A stretch of DNA of 64,000 bases from an uncultured Chloroflexia bacterium (GTDB lineage Bacteria > Chloroflexota > Limnocylindria > Limnocylindrales > CSP1-4), in assembly GCA_963734535.1 (NCBI GenBank), contig CAVTHS010000003.1, positions 1 to 64,000 of the forward strand, given 5' to 3'. Every line of letters starts with the position of its first letter. Position 1 is the stretch's first letter. Below, piece by piece: positions 53,612 through 63,412 of the stretch. The notes below the pieces were generated by a model. The model did not search any database, was not told the origin of the DNA, and saw only the letters and a program-made list of their open reading frames with translations. A program made the translations under genes and the position numbers.

Positions 53612-54643
53612 ATGCCGATCACCTTCGAACCAGCCTCCCACACGATCTCGCCGGAATCGTTCGACGAGGCGGCCCGGCTGATCGCCGGGCGCGTCGCACG
53701 TACGCCGCTCCTCGCCTCGCGGACCGCGGCTCGCATCGCGGAGTCGGCGAGCGGCGTGCGACTCGAGGGCGGGACGCTCCATGCCAAGGCGGAGCATCTC
53801 CAGGCCACCGGTTCGTTCAAGGTCCGCGGAGCGACCCTGCGACTCGCACTGCTCGACGACGCGGAGAAGGCCGCGGGCGTGATCGCGATCTCGGCGGGCA
53901 ACCATGCCGCAGCCCTCGCGATGGCGGCCCGGCGCGCTGGAATCGACGCGGTCGTCGTCATGCCGGCCGCTGCCGTGCGCTCCAAGGTGGAGGCGTGCCG
54001 CGGATACGGCGCCGAGGTGATCCTCCACGGCGGGACGACCACCGAGGCGTGGGCCGAGATGGAGCGGGTCCGCGATCAGCGCGGCCTCACGCTCATCCAC
54101 CCGTTCGACCACCCGGTCACGATCGCGGGGCAGGGAACGGTGGGTCTCGAGATCCTGGATGATCTTCCGGAGGTCGACGTCGTCGTGGCCGGCGTGGGCG
54201 GTGGCGGGCTGATCTGCGGGATCGCGACGGCGCTCGCGACGCGCAGGCCCGCGACACGCGTGTGGGGTGTCGAGCCGGCAAGCTCGACGGCGGTCTCCAC
54301 TGCGCTCGCCGCGGATGCCATCGTCCCGGTCACGCCGGGCAGCGTGGCCGATGGGCTCAACGCGCCATTCGCCGGCGAGTGGACGCTGCCGCTCGCGAAG
54401 CGTCACCTCGCGGGCATCGTGACGCTCAGCGACCCGGAGATCCTCAGCGGGGTGCGCTTCGCGGCCGAGCGAATGAAGCAGGTCCTGGAGCCAGCGGGCG
54501 CGGCCGGCCTCGCCGCGGTCCTGCATGGTCGGATCCCGCTCCGCGACGGAGATCGCGTGTGCGTCGTCCTCAGCGGCGGGAACGTCGCGATCGAGCGGAT
54601 GGGCGACCTCATGGCCGGGGCCGCGCCGATCGCGGGGCTCTGA
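53612..54643 (+). CDS. PLP-dependent threonine/serine dehydratase
   Basis: KAEHLQATGSFKVRG, SAGNH, GVGGGGL, SGGN. Confidence 0.92.
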   Translation: MPITFEPASHTISPESFDEAARLIAGRVARTPLLASRTAARIAESASGVRLEGGTLHAKAEHLQATGSFKVRGATLRLALLDDAEKAAGVIAISAGNHAAALAMAARRAGIDAVVVMPAAAVRSKVEACRGYGAEVILHGGTTTEAWAEMERVRDQRGLTLIHPFDHPVTIAGQGTVGLEILDDLPEVDVVVAGVGGGGLICGIATALATRRPATRVWGVEPASSTAVSTALAADAIVPVTPGSVADGLNAPFAGEWTLPLAKRHLAGIVTLSDPEILSGVRFAAERMKQVLEPAGAAGLAAVLHGRIPLRDGDRVCVVLSGGNVAIERMGDLMAGAAPIAGL

Positions 54644-54658
54644 CCCGCGCCTCGACGC

Positions 54659-55087
54659 TCAGTCGATGCCGAGCTCGGTGAGGCGATCGTCGTCGATTCC
54701 GAGGTGATGGGCGAGCTCGTGGACGACGGTGATCCGGACCTCGTCCTCGAGGTCGAGAGGATCCGGGAAGTCCTCCTCGAGCGGCAGGCGAAAGATCGTG
54801 ATCGAGTTCGGGAACGGCACGTCGTCCGCCCCCCACTCGGTACGCGGGACACCCTCGTAGAGGCCGTACAGGGTCTCGTCCGGCGCCAGGCCCTCTTCCC
54901 GTCGCTGCTCGCGCGACGGCTCGTCCGCAATCACGATCGCCACCTCGCGCAGCGCGGCCGAGAACGGCGGCGGGATGCCGGCGAGGGCGCGGTCGACCAG
55001 CTCCTCGAACCGGGCGTGGCGGGCCTCGCGTCGTCGGCGGACGGCGGCGAGGTCGGCGGCCGGGATCCCGCGGCGTCGCTTGGGCAT
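54659..55087 (-). CDS. minimal zincin metallopeptidase (Zincin_1)
   Basis: LYGLYEG, ITIFR, VHELAHHLGI. Confidence 0.9.
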   Translation of the reverse strand: MPKRRRGIPAADLAAVRRRREARHARFEELVDRALAGIPPPFSAALREVAIVIADEPSREQRREEGLAPDETLYGLYEGVPRTEWGADDVPFPNSITIFRLPLEEDFPDPLDLEDEVRITVVHELAHHLGIDDDRLTELGID

Positions 55088-55109
55088 GGCGCCCCTATCC
55101 TACGGCGAC

Positions 55110-56261
55110 ATGGAGCGCCCGCACGGCCTGCCGCTCACCGGCCCGGGGCTCGCCGTGCTCGAGCTCGCGATCGATGGCCCTCCGGCCGGGACGGTGCCGG
55201 CAGGGGCGACCGTCGATCCGGCAGCCGAGCCCGCGGGGTACCTGGTCGCGATGGACGGCGGCGTCCGGATCCACTTCCTCGACTGGGGCGGGCCGGCGAC
55301 GCGCGATGCCGGGGCGCCGGCAGATGTCGCGCCGGCAGATGTCGCGCCGGCAAGCTTCAGCGCTGGCTTCGACGTGCCTGGCATCCTCCTGATCCATGGA
55401 CTGGCGCGGACCGCCTGGTCGTGGACGCCCGTCGCCCGGCGTCTCCGTGGGGAGGCACGTGTGGCCGCGATGGACCTTCGCGGCCACGGCCTCTCAGACG
55501 CGCCGACCGATGGATACGACCCGGAGCAGCTGGCGGAGGACGCGATCGCGGTCGCCGAGGGCGCCGGGCTCCTCTCCGTCGCGGATGACCCGGGTGCGCC
55601 CGGAGCGCCACGCCCGCAGCGGTTCGTCGTGGCAGGACACGGGTACGGCGCCGTCGTCGCGGCCTGGGCCGCCAACGCGCTCGGCGACCGCTGCACCGGC
55701 CTCGTCCTGGTCGACGGCGGCTGGAGCGACCTGGCTGCCGAGACCTCGATGACGCCCGACGAGTGGCTCGCGGCGATCGCCGAGCCCCCCGAGGTGCTCC
55801 GCTCCATGACAGCGTGGCTCGCGGACCGTGAGGCCTTCGACCCCGCGGCCTGGGGTGCCGACGAGGCGCATGCCGCGCGGAGCGAGGTCGTCGAGACCGC
55901 CGCGGGCAGGGTCAAGCTCGCGATCCACCGGCACGCGCTCGCGGCCTCCGTCGGCGCGCTCTGGACATTCGATCCGGTCGCCGTCCTCCCGGCCGTGGAG
56001 GCGGAGATCGTCGCGCTCGTCGCGCGCGAGAACGACGAAGGCCGGCACCTTGGAGCCCTCCGCGAGGTTGCGGCCACGCGAGCTGCCACCGGTCGCTCTC
56101 TCGTCCGGGCTGCCAGCCTTCCCGGACTCGGGCATGACCTGCCGCGCCACGTTCCGGACCTTGTTGCCGCCGCGATTCGCGCGGCCGCCGGCCCTGGCCC
56201 CGTGGCGGGTCGCCCGAGACACCAGGGCAGCGATGGCGCAGCAGGGGGCGCATCGGGCTAG
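55110..56261 (+). CDS. alpha/beta-hydrolase-fold protein
   Basis: LIHGL, DLRGHGLSD, GHGYG, LVLVDGG, GH. Confidence 0.85.
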   Translation: MERPHGLPLTGPGLAVLELAIDGPPAGTVPAGATVDPAAEPAGYLVAMDGGVRIHFLDWGGPATRDAGAPADVAPADVAPASFSAGFDVPGILLIHGLARTAWSWTPVARRLRGEARVAAMDLRGHGLSDAPTDGYDPEQLAEDAIAVAEGAGLLSVADDPGAPGAPRPQRFVVAGHGYGAVVAAWAANALGDRCTGLVLVDGGWSDLAAETSMTPDEWLAAIAEPPEVLRSMTAWLADREAFDPAAWGADEAHAARSEVVETAAGRVKLAIHRHALAASVGALWTFDPVAVLPAVEAEIVALVARENDEGRHLGALREVAATRAATGRSLVRAASLPGLGHDLPRHVPDLVAAAIRAAAGPGPVAGRPRHQGSDGAAGGASG

Positions 56262-56270
56262 GATGCGGCC

Positions 56271-57005
56271 ATGCCCACACGAGACCTGCCCGCGCACGTG
56301 AAGTCGATCGTCACCGAGATCGAGACCGAGATCGGCGAGGAAGAGGCTGAGGGGACGGACCCGGCGTTCGCCGCCGTCCTGGCTCCGGCGGCCGCCATCG
56401 AAGGCGAAGGCGCCGGCGGTCCCCGGACGTCGAGGGGCAACGGCCGGGTGGAGGCCGCGGTGCGCGGCATCCTGCGCGAGATCGGCGAGGATCCCGATCG
56501 CCAGGGCCTCGTGGGCACGCCGGGACGCGTCCACCGGATGTACGCGGAGCTGACGGCCGGTTACCACGTCGACCCCGAGCGTCTCATCAACGGCGCGATC
56601 TTCGACGTCGACTACAGCGAGATGGTGGTCGTCAAGGAGATCCCGTTCTACTCGCTCTGCGAACACCATCTCCTGCCGTTCTTTGGGACGGCCGCAGTCG
56701 CGTACATCCCGAAGGGCCGCGTCATCGGCCTCTCGAAGATCCCGCGGATCGTGGAGATGTACGCTCGCCGGCTGCAGGTCCAGGAGCGGCTCACCCAGCA
56801 GGTCGCGGGCTTCCTGCAGGAGCGCCTCGGCCCGGGCGGTACCGGGGTCGTGATCGAGGCGACCCACCTGTGCGCCGTCATGCGCGGCATCCGCAAGCCC
56901 GGCACCGTGATGACCACCAGCCACGTCCTGGGACTCTTCCGGAACAGCGACAAGACCCGCGCCGAGTTCTTCGCGCACCTCGAGCGGCGGGCTCCCGGTG
57001 CCTGA
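56271..57005 (+). CDS. folE: GTP cyclohydrolase I
   Basis: [32 protein letters not shown]. Confidence 0.96.
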   Translation: MPTRDLPAHVKSIVTEIETEIGEEEAEGTDPAFAAVLAPAAAIEGEGAGGPRTSRGNGRVEAAVRGILREIGEDPDRQGLVGTPGRVHRMYAELTAGYHVDPERLINGAIFDVDYSEMVVVKEIPFYSLCEHHLLPFFGTAAVAYIPKGRVIGLSKIPRIVEMYARRLQVQERLTQQVAGFLQERLGPGGTGVVIEATHLCAVMRGIRKPGTVMTTSHVLGLFRNSDKTRAEFFAHLERRAPGA

Positions 57006-57207
57006 TCCGGTGGTGCCACCGACGCGGCCCGACGGCGCCCGGGTGGAGGTGCACCGCGGCCGCTCGCGGGCCCGGATCATGGCCGGCCTGCTGGGAACCG
57101 CCCTGGTCATCGCGGCCGGCGCCGTCATCGGGTGGTGGCAGACGCGCCCACCGGCCGACGACCCGGGACCGGACGATCCGCTGCGGCGCGGCTCACGGCC
57201 CTGGTGA
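56998..57207 (+). CDS. small membrane protein
   Basis: One TM helix; overlaps the folE stop. Confidence 0.45.
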   Translation: MPDPVVPPTRPDGARVEVHRGRSRARIMAGLLGTALVIAAGAVIGWWQTRPPADDPGPDDPLRRGSRPW

Positions 57208-57297
57208 CGGCGCGCCGCCGGCCGACGGCCGGGCGGCACCGGAGGCGAACCGGGAGCGCCAGCTGACGGGCGGGGCCGGGATGCCGCCCGCTGGTGC

Positions 57298-58383
57298 TCA
57301 GCCCGGGCGCGCCACGATCTCGATCGACTTCGAGCCTCCGACGACCTCCACGTCGTAGCGGTCAGCCGCCGCTGCCCAGCCCCGGGATGCCATCGTCGAC
57401 CGGCCGCCCTTCTCGCCGAGCCGGGTCCCGTCGAGCTCGACAAGGCCGGATCCGCCCAGCACGGTCAGCCGGACCGGCACGCTGCCGGGCCGCTCGATGC
57501 GGATCGAGCTCGCTCCGCCGACGAGTCGAACGGCGCGCTCACCGCTCGCCGGTCCCAGCTCCAGCTGGAGCCGTTCCATGCCGCCGGTCAGCTCGAAGCG
57601 TTCCGTGTCGACCTCGCGAAGGTCCGCCTCCACCCGCTGCACCCCGCCGACGATGGCGATCGTCCAGGGAATCGTGGTGTTGAGGGCGAGCGAGGCCGTC
57701 CGCTTGCGCCAGTCGTACGGCACCCCGCGGTACTGGACGATGACGCGCCCGTCGCGCAGGCGCACCTGCGGCGTCGCTCCCTGGAACTCCGCCCGGTAGA
57801 GCTCGCCTGGCGTCGTGTCGGGACGCAGCCGCACCTCGGACAGCCCTGCCCGAACCAGCAGCCGGGCGCTCGTGAGGCCACCAAGCGGCGCCGAGTTCTC
57901 GGACGTCTCGTCGGCGCCCGCCGTCTCACGAGTGTGCTGGCGCATGCTCGTCGCCTGGTCCTTCGTGATCTGCTCCATCCGGGCCAGGAAGTCCGTGATG
58001 AGCGCGAGCTGCGCGTCGGTGTAGCGACTGATCTCATCCGAGCCGGCGGCCCCGACCCGGTCGAGGGTCGCCTGGATGGCCGCGACCTTCTCCGCCACGA
58101 CCTCGACGATCACGCGCCGGCGATCGGCGGGATCCGGGACACGGCGAACGTAGCCGGACTGCTCGAGCCGATCGATCACGCGGGTGATCGCGCCGCTGGT
58201 GAGGCCGGTCAGCTCGGAGAGCCGGCCCGCGGTCGTCGCGCCCATGTCGATGAGCGCCTCCAGGGTCTCGATGTCCGACTCGGACAGGCCGAAGCGGATC
58301 GCGACGGTCTGGCCGAAGAAGGAGCCCTGGAGGTTGACCCGGCGAAGCGAACGAAGGACGTCATCGATGCGATCGCGTTTCAT
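57298..58383 (-). CDS. MarR regulator fused to a C-terminal beta-rich domain
   Basis: GLTSGAITRVIDRLE...DPADRRRV, followed by about 200 aa of repeated beta-strands. Confidence 0.85.
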   Translation of the reverse strand: MKRDRIDDVLRSLRRVNLQGSFFGQTVAIRFGLSESDIETLEALIDMGATTAGRLSELTGLTSGAITRVIDRLEQSGYVRRVPDPADRRRVIVEVVAEKVAAIQATLDRVGAAGSDEISRYTDAQLALITDFLARMEQITKDQATSMRQHTRETAGADETSENSAPLGGLTSARLLVRAGLSEVRLRPDTTPGELYRAEFQGATPQVRLRDGRVIVQYRGVPYDWRKRTASLALNTTIPWTIAIVGGVQRVEADLREVDTERFELTGGMERLQLELGPASGERAVRLVGGASSIRIERPGSVPVRLTVLGGSGLVELDGTRLGEKGGRSTMASRGWAAAADRYDVEVVGGSKSIEIVARPG

Positions 58384-58410
58384 GGCTTGACGAATGCTCC
58401 TGACTCGGTA

Positions 58411-58433
58411 ATTATCTGCACTGCGCAGATAAT
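58411..58433. promoter_or_regulatory. probable MarR operator
   Basis: Perfect palindrome ATTATCTGC-N5-GCAGATAAT between divergent marR and ABC genes. Confidence 0.75.
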
Positions 58434-58497
58434 GATCGATGTTGCTGAACAGTGCAAGGAGCGCCGTCGGTCAGCATAGGGCATCCAGGAGGTCGGC

Positions 58498-59478
58498 ATG
58501 GCAGCTCCCACCCGCATCGGGACGACGATGATCGAGACGAGAGACCTGCGGAGGACGTTCAGGACGCGCGGCGGCGCGGTCGAGGCCGTCAAGGGCGTCG
58601 ACCTGCGCGTCGGCGCGGGCGAGATCTTCGGCTTCCTTGGCCCGAACGGGGCGGGCAAGACGACGATGATCCGGATGCTCGCCACGCTCATCACGCCGTC
58701 CTCGGGTGATGCATGCGTCGCAGGTGCGGACCTGCGCCGCGAGCCACAGCTCGTTCGGCGACGCATCGGGTATGTCCCGCAGGGCGGCTCGACCGACCCC
58801 GCCGAGACGGGCCGCGGCGAGCTTGTCCTGCAGGGTCGCCTCTACGGGATGTCCAGGCCGGATGCCACGAAGCGCGCGGCCGAGGTGCTCGCGGCGCTCG
58901 ACCTCGAGGCGGCGGCCGATCGCGGTACGGGCACCTACTCGGGTGGGATGCGACGCCGGCTCGACGTCGGGCTCGGGATCGTCCATCGGCCGGCCGTCCT
59001 CTTCCTGGACGAGCCGACCACGGGACTCGACCCCCAGGCCCGGGCGCGGATGTGGGACGAGATCCGCGCGCTCCGCGACCTGGGGACGACGGTCTTCCTG
59101 ACCACGCATTACCTCGAGGAGGCGGACGCCCTGGCGGACCGCCTGGCGATCATCGACCACGGCCGGATCGTCGCCGAGGGCACGTCGGACCAGCTCAAGC
59201 AGGCGGTCGCCGGCGACGTGGTCACGATCGGCGTCGATGGCGCGGGAGCACGAGTCGTGGGCCTCGTCGAGAAGCTGTCGTTCGTCCGCGAAGCCGTCCT
59301 GGAGGACGGCCTGGTGCGCCTCTTCGTCGACCGGGGTGAGCTCGCGGTTCCGCAGCTCCTGCGCCTCCTCGACTCGGCCGGCTTTGCCCCGACCTCGATC
59401 ACGCTGAACAAGCCGAGCCTGGACGATGTCTTCCTGCGCCAGACCGGCCGCTCGCTGCGCGAGGAGCCGGCCGCCTGA
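58498..59478 (+). CDS. DrrA-like ABC exporter ATP-binding protein
   Basis: GPNGAGKT, YSGGMRRR, FLDEPTTGLD, TTHYLEEAD. Confidence 0.94.
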   Translation: MAAPTRIGTTMIETRDLRRTFRTRGGAVEAVKGVDLRVGAGEIFGFLGPNGAGKTTMIRMLATLITPSSGDACVAGADLRREPQLVRRRIGYVPQGGSTDPAETGRGELVLQGRLYGMSRPDATKRAAEVLAALDLEAAADRGTGTYSGGMRRRLDVGLGIVHRPAVLFLDEPTTGLDPQARARMWDEIRALRDLGTTVFLTTHYLEEADALADRLAIIDHGRIVAEGTSDQLKQAVAGDVVTIGVDGAGARVVGLVEKLSFVREAVLEDGLVRLFVDRGELAVPQLLRLLDSAGFAPTSITLNKPSLDDVFLRQTGRSLREEPAA

Positions 59479-59583
59479 CCTCCCTGCGCTTCGGCGCCCA
59501 TCGACCAACGCGGCGGCCCCGTGGGCCGAAACGCCGGGAACCGGCCCCGCCTTGCCATTTCCACGCGACGAAAGGACCATTCG

Positions 59584-60342
59584 ATGACGGTGACCCGCGA
59601 CACCTGGCTCATGTTCCAGCGATCCATGCGCCTGACGATCCGCCAGCCGATCTGGATCATCCTGGGGATGATCCAGCCCATCCTGTACCTGGTCCTGTTC
59701 GGACCGCTCCTCGAGGCCTCGACCCGGGCCGCGGGCGCGGGATCGAACGCCTACAACTGGTTCATCCCGGGCCTCCTCATTCAAACTGCCCTCTTCGGCA
59801 GCGCGTTCGTCGGCTTCGGGCTGATCGCGGAGCTCCGCTTCGGCGTCGTGGAACGGATGCGGGTCACGCCGATGAGCCGCATTGCGATGCTCCTCGGGCG
59901 GTCGCTCCGCGACGTCGTCATCCTGGTGGCGCAGGCGATGGTGATGATGGTCATCGCGCTGCCGTTCGGGCTGAAGATCGATCCGGCCGGGGCAGCCGTG
60001 ACGCTCTGCCTGCTCGCGCTGATCGGGCTCCTGATGGCGCCGCTCTCGTACACGGCGGGGCTCATCCTCAAGAGCGAGGATGCCCTGGCCCCGCTCGTCC
60101 AGGGCATCGCGCTGCCCCTGCTGCTCCTGTCCGGGATCCTGCTGCCGCTTGCCCTGGCACCGGACTGGCTCCGGTTCCTCAGCTCGCTGAACCCGCTGAC
60201 CCACGCCGCCGACGCCGCGCGGGCGCTGTTCAACGGCGACTGGGGCAACCCCGAGGTCGCGATCGGCGTGACGATCACGGCGATCCTCGCCGCCGTCGCG
60301 GTCTGGATCGCGTCACGCGCCTTCAGCCGGGCCAACGCCTGA
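59584..60342 (+). CDS. ABC-2 type permease
   Basis: Six TM helices, ERMRVTP, NPLTH. Confidence 0.92.
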   Translation: MTVTRDTWLMFQRSMRLTIRQPIWIILGMIQPILYLVLFGPLLEASTRAAGAGSNAYNWFIPGLLIQTALFGSAFVGFGLIAELRFGVVERMRVTPMSRIAMLLGRSLRDVVILVAQAMVMMVIALPFGLKIDPAGAAVTLCLLALIGLLMAPLSYTAGLILKSEDALAPLVQGIALPLLLLSGILLPLALAPDWLRFLSSLNPLTHAADAARALFNGDWGNPEVAIGVTITAILAAVAVWIASRAFSRANA

Positions 60343-60463
60343 CGAAGGGCGCAGGCGGCCACACCCGTCCGGCCGCGCACGACCGCCTCGCGGCCGGCGG
60401 ACACCGGCGTCCCCCCGAGCGGTACCCGTGCTCGGCGGCCGGGTGGGCGCCTACAATCCGGCC

Positions 60464-60871
60464 ATGACCGATCGACCGATCAAGGTGCTCATCGCCAAGC
60501 CCGGCCTCGATGGCCACGATCGGGGCGCCAAGGTCCTCGCCCGGGGCCTCCGCGACGAAGGCTTCGAAGTCGTCTATACGGGGCTTCGCCAGACCCCGGA
60601 GATGATCGTGACAGCGGCGCTCCAGGAGGACGTTGACGTTGTCGGGCTCTCGATCCTGTCGGGTGCCCACATGACCCTGCTGCCGAAGGTGATGCGCCTG
60701 CTCCACGAGCGCGGCCTGGACGACGTGCTGGTCACCGCGGGCGGGATCATCCCCGACGACGACGTCCCGGCCCTCGAGGCCGCCGGGGTGGCCGCGGTCT
60801 TCGGGCCGGGAACCACGATCGCCGAGGTCGCGGCCTACATCCGGGGCCACGTTCGGCCGCCCGAGGCGTGA
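60464..60871 (+). CDS. icmB: acyl-CoA mutase small cobalamin-binding subunit
   Basis: [27 protein letters not shown]. Confidence 0.9.
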   Translation: MTDRPIKVLIAKPGLDGHDRGAKVLARGLRDEGFEVVYTGLRQTPEMIVTAALQEDVDVVGLSILSGAHMTLLPKVMRLLHERGLDDVLVTAGGIIPDDDVPALEAAGVAAVFGPGTTIAEVAAYIRGHVRPPEA

Positions 60872-61893
60872 GCGAGGCGGAGATTCGCGCGCTCGAGCTG
60901 GCCGACGCGGCCGTCGCCGGCGACCGCCGGGCGCTGGCCCGGCTCCTGACCGCGGTCGAGAACCGGACAGCGATCGCGGAGGCGGCTCTGCGCCACCTCT
61001 ACCCCAGCACGGGACGGGCGCACCTCGTCGGGATCACCGGCGCGCCCGGCGCAGGCAAGAGCACGCTCGTCGCCGCGCTGATCGCGGAGGTTCGCGCCGT
61101 GGGCCGGGCCGTTGCCGTGGTGGCGGTCGATCCGTCGTCTCCCATCACGGGAGGCGCGCTTCTCGGCGATCGCGTGCGGATGCAGGCGTACGCCTCCGAC
61201 GACGGGGTCTTCATCCGAAGCATGGCCTCGCGCGGGCATGCTGGCGGGCTCGCCGCCACGAGCACGAGCGCCGCGACCGTCCTCGACGCGGCCGGATTCG
61301 ACCTTGTCCTGCTCGAGACCGTCGGCACGGGCCAGAGCGAAGTAGAGGTCGCCGCGGCGGCCGACACGACCGTCGTCCTGGAGGCGCCCGAGATGGGGGA
61401 CGAGGTGCAGGCGATCAAGGCTGGGCTCCTCGAGGTGGCCGACATCGTGGTCGTCAACAAGGGCGACCGGCCCGGGGCCCAGCGGACCGCGGCCCAGCTT
61501 CGGGCGATGCTGACGTCAACCATGAGCCCGCGCGTCGCGGCAGCCGAGGCGGGCGCACCGGGCGAGGTGCGGGCCGGGCGTAGCCGCCCCAAGCGGCCCG
61601 ATGTGCTGATCACGACCGCCTCGACCGGCGAGGGCGTGCCCGCGCTCGTCACGGCCCTGGATCGTCATCGTTCGGCCGGCCGTGAGGGGCTCGCAGATGG
61701 CGCCGGCCTTGCCCGTGCCGAGGCGCAGGTCTGGGCGATCGTCTCCGAGCGGCTCCGGGATCGGTTCCACGGGACGACCGCGGCACCCGCGACCGAGGAG
61801 ACGCTGCGCGCCGTCGCCGAGCATCGGCTCGACCCGTACACGGCGGCCGACCAGCTGCTCGCCTCGCTGACCGGGGGGCGCCCCGCGAACTGA
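60868..61893 (+). CDS. meaB: MeaB/ArgK GTPase chaperone
   Basis: [15 protein letters not shown]...[20 protein letters not shown]. Confidence 0.95.
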   Translation: MSEAEIRALELADAAVAGDRRALARLLTAVENRTAIAEAALRHLYPSTGRAHLVGITGAPGAGKSTLVAALIAEVRAVGRAVAVVAVDPSSPITGGALLGDRVRMQAYASDDGVFIRSMASRGHAGGLAATSTSAATVLDAAGFDLVLLETVGTGQSEVEVAAAADTTVVLEAPEMGDEVQAIKAGLLEVADIVVVNKGDRPGAQRTAAQLRAMLTSTMSPRVAAAEAGAPGEVRAGRSRPKRPDVLITTASTGEGVPALVTALDRHRSAGREGLADGAGLARAEAQVWAIVSERLRDRFHGTTAAPATEETLRAVAEHRLDPYTAADQLLASLTGGRPAN

Positions 61894-62045
61894 ACGGGCA
61901 GGGCACGTTTGCAGAGGCTCGGCGAGTGGGACGCGGGCGCGTCGACGAGGGTGCCGCTGGTCCGCAGGTCGACCTGGACGCCGGCGCGGCGCGGGCTGCC
62001 GGCGGTGCCTGGCGCGCAGGTTGCTGCGGCCGACGGTCTTGCACA

Positions 62046-62197
62046 GATTGCGCACTGCGACCGCCGAGGACCCTGGTACTGCATCCTTTGCGTCACGGAA
62101 GAGGCAGCGCAACCGGTCGTCGGTCGATCCGCGTCACCGGGTGCACGCGGCTGCCGGGTTGGGACCCGCCGTCGGTCGCAGTGGTCACCGGGCGCAC
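62046..62197. repeat. dispersed ~150-bp inverted-repeat-bounded element, copy 2
   Basis: Shares blocks with 4021-4171; perfect 11-bp inverted repeat at 62053-62063 / 62173-62183. Confidence 0.65.
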
Positions 62198-62324
62198 AGC
62201 CCTCGACGGGGCCGGGCGTGGCGGTTCCCGGCAGGTCCCGCACGCGCTTCGAAACCGGGAACGCCACGCCCGGTCGGCACGCCCTCATCGCCTTCGGCGC
62301 CGAGAGCGGCCGCGCCGGTCTGGC

Positions 62325-62452
62325 AGCTGCCGCGAACCCGGGCCGCGCCGCGAACCCCGGCCGCTGCCGTCGCGCACCGGCCGCTGCCGTCGCGCACCCA
62401 GCCGCCGCGAACCCCGGCCGCTGCCGTCGCGCACCCAGCCGCGGCGAACCCC
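62325..62452 (+). repeat. degenerate tandem repeats
   Basis: Alternating GCCGCGAACCC(C)GGCCG and CTGCCGTCGCGCACC units. Confidence 0.7.
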
Positions 62453-62490
62453 AGTGGCCCGCGCCGCGCACCCGGCGTACTCTCTCCGGC

Positions 62491-63354
62491 ATGTCGATCG
62501 AGCGAGCCTTCGTGGCCGGCGCCGGGCTGATGGGCCACGGGATCGCCCAGGTCCTGGCCTCGGCGGGCCGAACCGTGGACCTCTACGAGCCGGAGCTCGC
62601 CCGGGCGGAGGCCGGCCGCGCCCGGATCGTCGCCAACCTGGAGCGTGCCGTCGCGAAGGGCAGGATCGACGCGACCGCTGCCAACGAGATCGCGGCCCGT
62701 GTCGCGGCGACGACGCGGATCGTGTTCGCCGAGGAGGCCGACCTGGTGGTCGAGGCGGTCTTCGAGGACGAGGCACTCAAGCGCAGGCTGTGGTCCGAGC
62801 TCGACGGCCGGGCCCCGGGACGGGCGATCCTCGCCTCGAACACGAGCTCCATCTCGATCGATCGACTCGCGGAGGCGCTCGCCCCGGGTCGCCGGAGCCA
62901 CTTCTGCGGGATGCACTTCTTCAGCCCGGTGCCGGTCATGCCGCTCGTGGAGCTGATCCGAGGCAGCGCGACCGACGAGGCGACGGTCGCTGCGGTTCGC
63001 GCGCTGGCGTCAGACCTGGGCAAGCAGGTGATCGTGTCGGCCGATCGGCCCGGCTTCATCGTCAATCGGATCCTGATGCCGCTCCTGGCCGAGGCGATGC
63101 GGGCGCTGGAGGAGGGGATCGGGTCGGCGGAGGACATCGACACGGGCGCACGCGTCGGCCTCAACCACCCGATGGGTCCGCTCGCGCTGGCCGACTTCAT
63201 CGGCCTCGACGTCGTGCTCGGGGTGCTCCGCGTCCTGCATGCGGATCTCGGCGACGCACGCTTCGCGCCACCGCGTACGCTGGAGGACCTGGTGGCCGCC
63301 GGGAAGCTGGGCCAGAAGACCGGCGAGGGATTCTTCCGCTACCCGCGCGGCTGA
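62491..63354 (+). CDS. hbd: 3-hydroxybutyryl-CoA dehydrogenase
   Basis: GAGLMGHG, EAVFE, ASNTSS, GMHFFSP, PGFIVNR, PMGPL. Confidence 0.92.
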   Translation: MSIERAFVAGAGLMGHGIAQVLASAGRTVDLYEPELARAEAGRARIVANLERAVAKGRIDATAANEIAARVAATTRIVFAEEADLVVEAVFEDEALKRRLWSELDGRAPGRAILASNTSSISIDRLAEALAPGRRSHFCGMHFFSPVPVMPLVELIRGSATDEATVAAVRALASDLGKQVIVSADRPGFIVNRILMPLLAEAMRALEEGIGSAEDIDTGARVGLNHPMGPLALADFIGLDVVLGVLRVLHADLGDARFAPPRTLEDLVAAGKLGQKTGEGFFRYPRG

Positions 63355-63412
63355 TCGCGGGCTCATCGAAGCTCCCGGCGCCCCGCGCCGGGAGCCGCTC
63401 GCGGGAGGGGAC

